Below are positions 9,712 to 18,762 of a DNA stretch of 37,317 nt, one piece after another. The notes below the pieces were generated by a model. It was given only the letters and a program-made list of their open reading frames with translations. It did not search any database and was not told where the DNA came from. The translations under genes were made by a program, and so were the position numbers. Source of the stretch: Chrysochromulina tobinii (Eukaryota); NCBI GenBank assembly GCA_001275005.1, contig JWZX01002250.1, positions 1-37,317 of the forward strand, read 5' to 3'. Within the stretch, counting starts at the first letter, position 1. Every line of letters begins with the position of its first letter.

Positions 9712-10518
9712 TCACATCTCGAGCCGCTGCAACTTGAGGTGGACGCTATGCATCGAGAGCGGCTGCGCCAGCCCGCTGGGCTTTCGCTTCACGCCGGGCA
9801 TCACGCGGTCGCACGCCGCGTCCACCATCTCGAGCAATGAGCGATCGAGCTCCATCGGCCAGACGAGCTCGAACTCGGGGCGCTGGGCTCCGCCCGAAGG
9901 CGGTCGGGCGCCATGCAGCGGCCGCGCCAGGTGGTAGCAGGTCGGCGGCCAAGGCTCACCTGCGCCGCACGCGAAGCTGAGCACGTACGAGTCCTCGAAG
10001 ACGGTAAACTTGTATGAGGGCGACCAGTTCTCCGGCAAGAAGTAGTGCAGATAAGCAGTGCGCCCTTGCCACCGCTCGTCTGCCGCCTCCAGCGCAGGGC
10101 GGCCCTGAGCGTACCGGTAGCAGCATACGGGCACCGTTGTATCGAGCCGCATCGGCTGCGCCTGCGCGCGCCGTTGCAGCCGCGGCGACAGCTGCACGCC
10201 AGCTCCGGGCGGATGCTGAGGCAAAGGCAACACTAACCTCCTGGCGGCCATCACAGCCAGCTCATCGCGATCATCGTGGTCATCCTCGAGGTCCTCGACA
10301 TCATCGCTCTCGTCGCCCATCGCAAGGTCATCGTTCATCGACGGCTCAGTTGTCGGTACAACCAGTCGTGCAGCCTCGAGTGGCACAATTGTGGTGGTCG
10401 GGTCGACAGCTGCAGCCGCTGCTGCGGTGGACGGCGACGCTGGCACCGGTGGCACGAGATGCGATCCGGGATAAGCAGGAGTCTCGAAGAACGTGGGCGT
10501 CGCCGGGAAGACCTCCAT
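9712..10518 (-). CDS. Hypothetical protein (acidic low-complexity N-half, aromatic-rich globular C-half)
   Basis: 268-aa ATG-initiated ORF with protein-like composition, flanked by lower-GC intergenic DNA. No family recognised. Confidence 0.6.
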   Translation of the reverse strand: MEVFPATPTFFETPAYPGSHLVPPVPASPSTAAAAAAVDPTTTIVPLEAARLVVPTTEPSMNDDLAMGDESDDVEDLEDDHDDRDELAVMAARRLVLPLPQHPPGAGVQLSPRLQRRAQAQPMRLDTTVPVCCYRYAQGRPALEAADERWQGRTAYLHYFLPENWSPSYKFTVFEDSYVLSFACGAGEPWPPTCYHLARPLHGARPPSGGAQRPEFELVWPMELDRSLLEMVDAACDRVMPGVKRKPSGLAQPLSMHSVHLKLQRLEM

Positions 10519-10538
10519 CAGCTAAAAAGCTTTTGCCT

Positions 10539-10559
10539 TCAAGTCAAGTCAAGTCAAGT
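10539..10559 (-). promoter_or_regulatory. (ACTTG)4 pentamer repeat ~20 nt upstream of ATG 10518; candidate promoter element
   Basis: tcaagtcaagtcaagtcaagt on the + strand. The same motif occurs at 25507-25520 upstream of the JmjC gene. Function is inferred. Confidence 0.35.
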
Positions 10560-10692
10560 GTGAGGTGCTGGTTAGGGACCTGTTAGGTCACAGCAGCGTT
10601 GGACGGCGGTAACCGTTTCGTTCTAAGCTCATCATTGCGATCGATAGCAAGCATGGACTGGGTCCCGTCAACGATCGTGTGGCGTGACGGTC

Positions 10693-11871
10693 ATGCTCGC
10701 CACACTGCTCTCCTCGCTGACTGGCCTGTCGGGCAGCGACACGCGAACCGGTGCGCTGGTTCCGCCTCCAGCCGACGCTGAGAATGCCGCGAAAGCCCTG
10801 CGGAAGCTCTGTGAGTCAGCCACCTTGAGTGATGCGACCGCCGAGCAGGCTGAAATGGTCAAGGCAACAGTAACGGCGCTCCTGCAAGAGGCAGCTGAAG
10901 GTTCGCCGGCATCGGCTAGCGTGCTTTGTGCGGCCGTCATTGCTGCCACCACGGCCATCGATGCCATCGACAAGCATCCCGAAGTTGACGTCGCGGAGGC
11001 GGGTTTGCTGCGCTGGGGCCACCTGCGAGTGAATGTGCTGCAAGTGCTGCTGCACCTCGCTTCGAGCGAGCTGGGGTGCACTCGGGTACTCGCGCAAACG
11101 TCCGACGGTGCTGCATCCGCTTGTGTCGCGTTGCTCCGCTCCAATGCGAGCCGCACCGACATGGAGGGCGTGCGCACTGCGGCCAACATCCTGAAGAACC
11201 TGTCGATGCCGCCTGCGATTCGCGCACGCGTGGGCTCGTTGGAGGGACTGTACGATGCGCTTCTGAATCACGTGACGCACCGCGACCCGAACACGGGAGC
11301 CATAGCGGCCGCCACGCTGCGCATCCTCGTCGAAGGCTGCCCGCCGAATGCGCGGCTCGCGGCGCTCACGGCTGCTGAAGCGGAGCCAGGAGCGGCGAGT
11401 CGTGCGACAAGTGCGAGCGAGAGGGACGAGGAGGCGGAGCGGGCCAGACTCGACGCCGATTCGAGCGATAGTGGCTTCGGTCCCGTTCTCGCCGCCGACC
11501 TGACGAAGATGCACCCCTTTTGCCGAGTCGAGCTCGCCCGATTCATGTGCCTCGTGCTCTCGCAAGCTCTTGACACCCTCGCGCCGTGGCAGCAGCGCCG
11601 GCTGACGACGGCGGCTGTCCTGCGATTCGCCATCTTCCCGCTGGCCTCGAAGCACGCGCCACTGCACAGGGAGGTCTGCGCGGCCTTGCTCGCCGCTCGC
11701 CGCGTCTATCGCGAGCGATCGGAGCTTGGACCGTGGCCAGTCAGCACCCTCGAGTGCACCCTCTGGGTCCCTGGCCCGCAAGGCGAGCGGTCACTGGCGG
11801 CGGAGCTGCAGCAGGTGGCGAGCGCGGGCACGATCAGCGTGGACGAACTCGCGGTGCTCGTGGGCGATTGA
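10693..11871 (+). CDS. Armadillo-repeat protein resembling the C-terminal half of SmgGDS/RAP1GDS1 (darlin/Bem4-like)
   Basis: Helical ARM-like segments AANILKNLSMP, AAATLRILVEG, RVELARFMCLVL and LASKHAPLHREVCAAL occur in the same order as the SmgGDS segments ALRNLAIP, LGTLRMLID, GESNRLL and TSEHVIMQNEALVAL (recalled, not aligned). Confidence 0.6.
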   Translation: MLATLLSSLTGLSGSDTRTGALVPPPADAENAAKALRKLCESATLSDATAEQAEMVKATVTALLQEAAEGSPASASVLCAAVIAATTAIDAIDKHPEVDVAEAGLLRWGHLRVNVLQVLLHLASSELGCTRVLAQTSDGAASACVALLRSNASRTDMEGVRTAANILKNLSMPPAIRARVGSLEGLYDALLNHVTHRDPNTGAIAAATLRILVEGCPPNARLAALTAAEAEPGAASRATSASERDEEAERARLDADSSDSGFGPVLAADLTKMHPFCRVELARFMCLVLSQALDTLAPWQQRRLTTAAVLRFAIFPLASKHAPLHREVCAALLAARRVYRERSELGPWPVSTLECTLWVPGPQGERSLAAELQQVASAGTISVDELAVLVGD

Positions 11872-11948
11872 GTTGTTGCCCTGGTATTAACAGCCGATTC
11901 ACAGTTTCACACCTAAACTTCGGTTGCCTGTTTTTGACAGCAACGAAG

Positions 11949-12483
11949 ATGGGTGGCGGCGACAGTGCGTTCGCCGCCGAGGCTCACGCGGCGTGTCCTA
12001 TTGTTCGATCCCCTCACACGCTCTCATTGGTCCCTGTTCGCAGTTGTCATGCCCGCCAAGTACATTGCCGACGGCACCGGCCGCGACACGTACATCCGAC
12101 GCGATCCGGTCGAATGCTTCGGCAAGAACCTTTACAAGTCGGAGCCGCGGTTGATCACGCGCATGGGGAACGCCGGCTGCGCAATCCCACGCCAGCGTGC
12201 CATCGGTGTCACCGCTGACGGTTGCGCGATCCCACCGTTGGGTGGAATTAGGGGCGGCGCGGGCTTCGAGCGGCCGGACCGCTTCATTCGGGTGCCGCAG
12301 GCTGCTTACCCTGCCGTGGTGAACCGCTATTCAACGATGAAGGAGATTGTCCAGGACGCTTACGTTGGATCGGTGCGAGTACCCCCAGAATTAGCGATCA
12401 GCGGCTACCAGGGCTTCAAGCCGCGCATCCCGCCCGGCGTGACGGAGTGGGATGAGGTGAGCGGTTCCATGCCGGAGCATTGA
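11949..12483 (+). CDS. Small putative ciliary microtubule-associated protein (intron 11965-12043, or alternative donor 11953)
   Basis: ATG 11949 and donor GTGCGT with acceptor TTCGCAG keep frame into MPAKYIADGTGRDTYI... The C-terminal ISGYQGFKPR resembles the PYG-type (PGYxGF/HxP) repeat of FAM166-like microtubule inner proteins. Confidence 0.55.
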
Positions 12484-13160
12484 ACAGACGAGAGCACCTT
12501 GTTGCTCGAGGCATCCGGCAATCGCCGTGACGAGTGCACTGCTTGATACCAGGAGGATCTGGACTGCCTATGTCGCGGAGTCGATTTTATGCGCATCGCA
12601 TGGTAGTGGCGTATAAGTGGCGTAGAGACTAGTCCGCGTAACGAATACTGAGACGGCATGTCGTGTGTGCGTGTGGCCTGGCGCGCCACCCTCATGAGTC
12701 AGAGTCGAGAGTGTCCGCAGTTTGTGCGTGTGAGTTAAGAGCGAACGGGGAGAGGCCGCCGGGGCGGGTGAAGCGAAGCCGCGTCGTCGACGCCGGGACG
12801 TCAGTGACGCTATTAATACACGCGACGCACCGCCCGACGCGGTCGCCGCTCCGCCGCACCGCCGGTGACCGGGAGACGGTCGGCGTCCACGCCGCGAGAC
12901 CGCGCACACCGCCCGCCCTACATCGTACATGCAAAAACTCGAGCCCCAACGCCGGCGGTCTCAGCGAAAAGCCGCCATCGATGAGGGGGACCGCGCGTGG
13001 TGTCGCGTCACGGCTCACGCGGACGCGCGCGGGCCGCGGCGAGTGCACACGCTGCCCGGCAACGAGCTCTAGCGGTGACACCGAGCCAGACTAAAGCCAA
13101 AAGTGTGGGCGCTAGCGGAGGCGGCTGTCAGACGGCGGCTCTCGTTCTGGATCGCAGTGC

Positions 13161-14147
13161 CTAAGCTCCTAATTCCGCGAACCACACCTTGGACACGTCA
13201 TAGACGGGCAGCACCGTGCCGGCGACAGGTGCGGCGCGCAGGAGTGTGAAGCCGAGCCCCCTGTAGAACGCGAGGATGCCGCCGCTCGCATACGTCTCGC
13301 GCACGGCAGTCGCCACGAGGCCCGAGAGGCCGGCGGTGCCGGCAGTGCTGCCCGCGACTGCCGCCTCCGAGCCCACCGACATGACGCGCGAGCGCAGCAC
13401 GTCCAAAGGGTAGATGGATATCCATCCGCAGCAGCCCGCGACCATTCCACACGCGACGCGTATTGAGAGCGGCTCCTCGGCTGCCGAGGCGCTGCCGGCG
13501 CCGGGAGCGGCGCCACGCTCGCTCGCAACGGCCTTCTTGGTCGCCGCATATGCCAGCAGGTAGCAGCCGCTGCCGATGGTCTCCAAGACGGTGTGGAGCC
13601 CGAGCCCGCGGAACAGGCTGCTAGCGCCTGTCGCCATGAGGCGCTTCCACACCTCGCGCACCGAGCCGCCCTCTACCTGCTGCACCAGCTTCAGGCGCTG
13701 CACCGGCGCCGTCACTGGTGCGACGATCAGACCTGTCAACGCTCCTGCGACGAAGACGACTGACAGCTCAGTTGTCGGCCTTTTCATGGCTGTCGATGTC
13801 AGAGGCTTGAGCGTCTCGTACACGCCAAAGTACATGGAGCGCACCGCTCCAGTCGTGAGCAACGGCGGTAGGATGCCGCGGTAAAGCGAGAGCAGCGACT
13901 TTGGCGGCTGGTGACTGCTGCTGCTGCTGCCACCACCACTGCTCACCTGAGCCCTCACCTTCGCAGTGTCGAAGGCGTGGCCGATGATCACTCCCGAGGC
14001 GCCAGCGATGCACCCCGCCGCTAAGCCGTGCCACGGCTTGGCTAGCAGCACATCACTCCTTGCTAGCAGAGCTGCCTCGCTGGCACGGCGCGCGAGGCTG
14101 CGCGTCTCAGCGACATCGCCGTCGGCGGCTGGCTTTTCCGACGGCAT
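13161..14147 (-). CDS. Mitochondrial carrier family (SLC25) protein, carnitine/amino-acid-carrier-like
   Basis: Three carrier repeats with Px[DE]xx[KR]x[RK]-type signatures (HAFDTAKVRAQ, PVQRLKLVQQ, PLDVLRSRVM) and LYRG/LFRG/FYRG motifs; LLRAAP in repeat 3. Confidence 0.92.
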   Translation of the reverse strand: MPSEKPAADGDVAETRSLARRASEAALLARSDVLLAKPWHGLAAGCIAGASGVIIGHAFDTAKVRAQVSSGGGSSSSSHQPPKSLLSLYRGILPPLLTTGAVRSMYFGVYETLKPLTSTAMKRPTTELSVVFVAGALTGLIVAPVTAPVQRLKLVQQVEGGSVREVWKRLMATGASSLFRGLGLHTVLETIGSGCYLLAYAATKKAVASERGAAPGAGSASAAEEPLSIRVACGMVAGCCGWISIYPLDVLRSRVMSVGSEAAVAGSTAGTAGLSGLVATAVRETYASGGILAFYRGLGFTLLRAAPVAGTVLPVYDVSKVWFAELGA

Positions 14148-14281
14148 AAATTTACGCAGATACGAAAAGTCGTACCGATCCGGAAGATCGTTGATCCCGT
14201 AAAGGCTTTCCTTCTACATGTAAAGCGCATGTGTCCGATGAAAAAGGCACTCTGCTTCTCACTCTGCTTGTCATCATCACA

Positions 14282-15165
14282 ATGTCAACCTCGCAACCGC
14301 CCTCAAAGGTACCACGGATCGAGCCGTCATCGCCAAGCTCCGTCCCGAGCACGCCCACACCTATCGCGTCGTCGAGCACCGGCACTGTCGCCTACCTCTC
14401 CGACGAGGAGAAAGCCAAGCTCTTCGCCAAGTACGGCCAGATCGCCAAGCCCAAGCCATCCGAGGTCGCTGAGGTCGCTGGAGCAGGATGTCGGACGCAA
14501 TGATGACGATCAGCTACCTGGCACAAATGCCGGAGGAGGAGTTGATCAGGCTTTCTGAGCGCCTCTCACCGGCCGTGAAGGGTCGGCTCAGCAAACACTT
14601 CTCTCGAGCATCCCCGCAACCGACCCCGCGTACAATAGTCCCCGCCCCATTTGTCTCCGGTTTTCATGAAGAGGCCGAGTACGCGCCGCCGCCGCCTTCG
14701 GCCCCACTCCTGAGCCACCGCGAGCTGCTCACTGTGCTTCCGGCCGTGGTCCCGAACGCGCGCCGCTGGCTCAAGGCGACCGACGAGGCCGCTCGGACAG
14801 CGGTTTCGCAGCAGCGTGTGTTGCAGAGCATGGGGCGGCACGTCGTCCGCACGGAACAACGACGGGACGCCGCCGAGCAGCGGGCGCACGAGCTTCACAG
14901 GCTCGCCGAGCACCAGGCCGCGGCCCTGCTGGCCAGTGCGGCGCGCTGCGCGAGCATACGCGAGGCCTTCGAGCAGCAACGAGCCAAACTATGGCACGAA
15001 CAGGAGCGCACCAAGAAGCTGGAGCGCGGGCTGCGCATGGTGGCGCGGCAGCGAGACATGGCGCTAGCCGCTTCGGCGGCAGCATCAACCACTGCGCGCA
15101 ATCATCGGGATCCTGGCGGCAGCGAGAGTCACAACGGTAGTCACAACACACACTCTCAGTACTGA
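14282..15165 (+). CDS. Hypothetical coiled-coil protein (ORFs 14231-14503 and 14488-15165, possibly one gene with a frameshift near 14480)
   Basis: The 225-aa ORF has heptad-like E/Q/R/A helices. The upstream overlapping ORF from ATG 14282 reads as protein. The join is unproven. Confidence 0.5.
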
Positions 15166-15611
15166 GAGCCAGCAACCCAGCATGATAACAAGTCTTGACA
15201 GATCGGGATCGCACACGACACGCGTAGCGACATGTCCATGTGCATGATGGCACAATATGTGAGTGAGTAGAACTTCCCAATAGAAAACTATTAATTGGTT
15301 TTGGGAAGTTTTCGGTGTGATAATAGACCGCTCATGGCTCTTAGACCGCTCACGTATTAGACATAAGTCACCGGATTATTATTTTTTCATTTTACCGACG
15401 CTCGCGACGGGACGACGTGCCGTCGCGCCCGCGATAGGGCGCCAGCGATAAAGTCGTTGAATCGCTCAGCAAGAATGTCGGCATAAGTACCGAGCGTTCC
15501 GCGTTCAAGTCGGAACCGCAACTCGTTGTCTGACTACTGTCTACTCGGGGTAGGTCGCCCAAGACCGGCCCGGTCGACGTCCTGCATCGACGAGCCAAAA
15601 ATCTTCGAAAA

Positions 15612-16289
15612 TCATCGCCGGCCAGTATGAAACGCACGCGGATTGGGCACGCCCGGGATTTCGTGCACAGGTGGCGGGTTGCCTCGCTGATTCGCCCATG
15701 CCATTATGTACTTTGTCCTCGCCTTTTCCATCTCTGCCTGGAACTCCGGTGTGCCGCGCTGCACATGCATGATCTGCGTCATGCGCCCGCCACTAGACGG
15801 CCGTGGCCGCACCGCCGACGGCCGCGTCACGCCCAATGGCTTGCCAACCTCAAGCTTCCCCGTCTGCGCATACGCCTCCGGAAGCGGCGCACGCTGCAGC
15901 ACAGGCATTGCACTCGCCGGCCGTTTTGGCAGTCTGGCCAGCAGCGGGTTCTCGGCCTCCTCCGAGCCGCCATCCACGTCGTGGCCGAACACGATGCGAT
16001 GAACTTCGGACTTCATTTTTGGGGGTGCATTGAGCGCCTGGGCGAGTGCGGCGGCGGAGCTGTCAAAACATGTCATTTTGTACCTCTCCTTTTCAATCCG
16101 CTTTGCCAGAGCCCGCTTGGCAGCACCGTCGAGCTCGTACGTGCCGTATGCCTTTTGCAGCGCGCCAAAGCGGCTCCAAATGATGAAGTGGGGATCATTG
16201 ATCCCCGGGCTGTTTATGAAGGTCTTCGTAGGCACACCAGCCGCGCGTCGATAACCATCGATTCGGCGCTCCAAGCTTTTGTACTCCAT
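15612..16289 (-). CDS. Hypothetical basic protein
   Basis: 225-aa ATG-initiated ORF with normal protein composition. No domain recognised. Confidence 0.6.
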   Translation of the reverse strand: MEYKSLERRIDGYRRAAGVPTKTFINSPGINDPHFIIWSRFGALQKAYGTYELDGAAKRALAKRIEKERYKMTCFDSSAAALAQALNAPPKMKSEVHRIVFGHDVDGGSEEAENPLLARLPKRPASAMPVLQRAPLPEAYAQTGKLEVGKPLGVTRPSAVRPRPSSGGRMTQIMHVQRGTPEFQAEMEKARTKYIMAWANQRGNPPPVHEIPGVPNPRAFHTGRR

Positions 16290-16523
16290 CGCGAAGATCG
16301 GATGGGGGGCGGACGGCTCGGCGAAACGGGAAGATGAGGGTGAGGGGCTTCCGAACTTCGCGGTCTCGGTACCGATCGTGAAAACCCCTGGAGAAACCCG
16401 AACGAAGCGGAAAGTTGAACTCCTCCCTCCCTAGCCCTTCACTCCCAGTCGTCTAAACTGACCCGCCCGCTATTCCCCCGTCGATCCTGCACACCTATAA
16501 AGTATAACTGCAATCGGTCTCTC

Positions 16524-18462
16524 TCAGGGCATGGCCAGGTAGGCGCACTCTTGCTCCTGCTCTGTGCATACCTCGAGCCTTGCTGGGAGCAAGTCAGCCG
16601 GTGACATTCGGCGGCTGCTCCTTGCCCCAAGGCGAAACCCAATCAGCCCGGCGAGCACAACTGTGAGTGCGAGCGGCACAGCGCTGACAAGCCCTTGCCA
16701 GGACGAAAACGACGAGGTCTCGACGCGCGCCGCACTTGTCTTGGCCATCGTCATGGTGTTGGTACGCATGGGCGGCGGCGTCTGCACCTCGATCAGCTCC
16801 GGTAGCAAGCATCCTGCCAGGATCGGGTCGCGCTGTTTCGGGCGAACGAGCCACTCCGGGTCTACGTGGTCAGCCGCGTGGACCGAATCGTCCGACCCAA
16901 ACGACCAAGGGCCGTTTGCCATGGTCTCGCACCTGGGGGGGGGTGCACACAGAGAGGGCGGCCCGTCGCTGGCAATTCAAGGCAATCAAGGGTCACTTCG
17001 TCTTTGATATCCATTGAGATCGAGGCAATTGAGGGTGTCGCACGCACGTGGGGTCCATGTTGATGTGCTCGGGTGCGCTCGCGTCCTCGCAGCTCGTGCG
17101 CGTCCAGTTGAACAGCGCATGCGTCTCATTGTGGATGCGCAGCGCACCGACCCCAAACGATCCCGCGCGGAAGGCTGACCACGATGGGGCTGGCTCGAGC
17201 CACGGCAACGCTGCGCCCTCGCGGTTGCCGCCGTCGCCAAGCGTGAGGTGCACGGGACCGCACGCGTTGGGGTGGCCGTCCAGCACGGGCACGGTGCGCT
17301 CGTAGGCGTGCACATGGCCCGCGATGATCAGATCGACGCCTGCCTTGTACAGCAGCAGCTCCATATTGCGGCGCATCGCCACCGCTTCGTCTCGATGGAG
17401 CGAATTCGAGTGGTACCAGGGCACGTGCATCTGGACAATGAGCCAGGGCGTGCGCTGCCGATCGAGTGCCGCGAGGTCGCGCTCGAGCCACCGGTACTGG
17501 AGCGAGCCGGGATGCGTCGCAGCGTAGGAGCAGAGGGCGACCAGATGGACGGGGCCGACATCACGCGACCACCAAAGATTCGACTTGCTGCCACTTGACT
17601 GATGCGGCATGGGATAGCGCACATTGTACGATAGCCAGGCCTCGCCGGTTCCAATCTCGTGATTGCCCCCAGTCGTCATCACCGCGTACTCGGCTGCGAG
17701 TGGCTCCATCATCCGACCGAAGGAATCCCAACGCGAGAACCAGCCATCAGCGTATGCCAAGTCGCCCGCGAGCAACACCACCGTGGCTGTGCTGCCTTCC
17801 GCGTCCGCGTTGGCGAGCGTGCGCCGCAGCAGGGCAACGTTGGCCTCTGAGGCAGCCGTCTGACCGAGGTCCGCCGTCATGCCAAAGGTGTAAGGGTACT
17901 GCGCAGCGCCCGCGTCGGGTGGCATTGTAAAGCGGTGCACGCGATTGTCGCCAGCGACCACATACTCGTACGAGGCACCTCCAAGGCACGGGCTGAGGCT
18001 GACTTGATGGACAAGCGGCGCATTGTAGATCAGATTCGGGTTGTTGTACATCCCGAGGCCGAAAATCACATTGTCTTTGTGCGCAGGGTCCTGCAACTGG
18101 ACAACCTGGTCTGCCGTGGAAGTCGCCGCACCCATCGCTGGATCGATCAGCATCGGGTCGATCCACTGCAACTGGGAGTAGGTCTGGCTAGAGCCTGTCG
18201 CCAGTCGCTGCTGCGGCTCATCCACATCCAAGTCGCGCCAGCGAACCTCCGAGGGAGTCGTGTCGTCTTGCGTGACGAAGATGACAATCATCTCGCCAGG
18301 CCCACCTAGGGCGAGGTGCACCTGCTCAGAGCAGTGCGTGTTTCCGCACTCGACGTTGGGCGACCACCGCGTTTCGGCAAGCGTGCGGCTGGCGTAGCGT
18401 CGATATGAAGGTCGTGACGCGGCGCTGATGATGGCAAGGTGAAGCAAGACCAGTGTTTTCAT
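16524..18462 (-). CDS. Purple acid phosphatase, signal peptide + C-terminal TM; exons 18462-17048 and 16932-16524
   Basis: Signal peptide MKTLVLLHLAIISAAS, FN3-like EQVHLAL, and all five PAP metal motifs (DLG, GDLAY, GNHE, MH, GHVH). Intron 17047-16933 (GTGCGT..CAG) joins DPT|CETMANG in frame to the exon carrying TM AVPLALTVVLAGLIGF. Confidence 0.9.
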
Positions 18463-18585
18463 AAATGAGGACTTGAACTTTGTGAACCGGGTTGATCAAA
18501 TTCGCCTATTGCCGAGAAGGTTTAGTCGCGGACGGTGGGAGTCGTTCGTGTTCGGCTCCTGTTGAGAAGAGGGGACGGTTCTCAA

Positions 18586-18646
18586 TGAAACTTTCGTCTA
18601 TAGTTCACTTTCGTCACTCTTTCGTCTATAGTTCGTCTATGAAAGT
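18586..18646. repeat. Short direct-repeat cluster (CTTTCGTCTATAGTTC x2 plus partial copies) in divergent intergenic region
   Basis: tgaaactttcgtctatagttcactttcgtcactctttcgtctatagttcgtctatgaaagttc. Confidence 0.8.
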
Positions 18647-18762
18647 TCGCAGCAGCCAGCCAGCCAGGACCCAGGGGCGCCCAACTCTGCGCCTCTGCGC
18701 CGTACGCTCCTTCCGGCCCTTGCGAGGAGTTCGCTGCTGGCAAGAAAGCTCCCCCGGCAATC

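Noticed and set aside
12568..13094. Small ORFs in the intergenic regions 12568-13094, 9353-9937 and 24700-25514
   Set aside because: Arg/Pro/Ala-biased translations without motifs, consistent with UTR or intergenic DNA.
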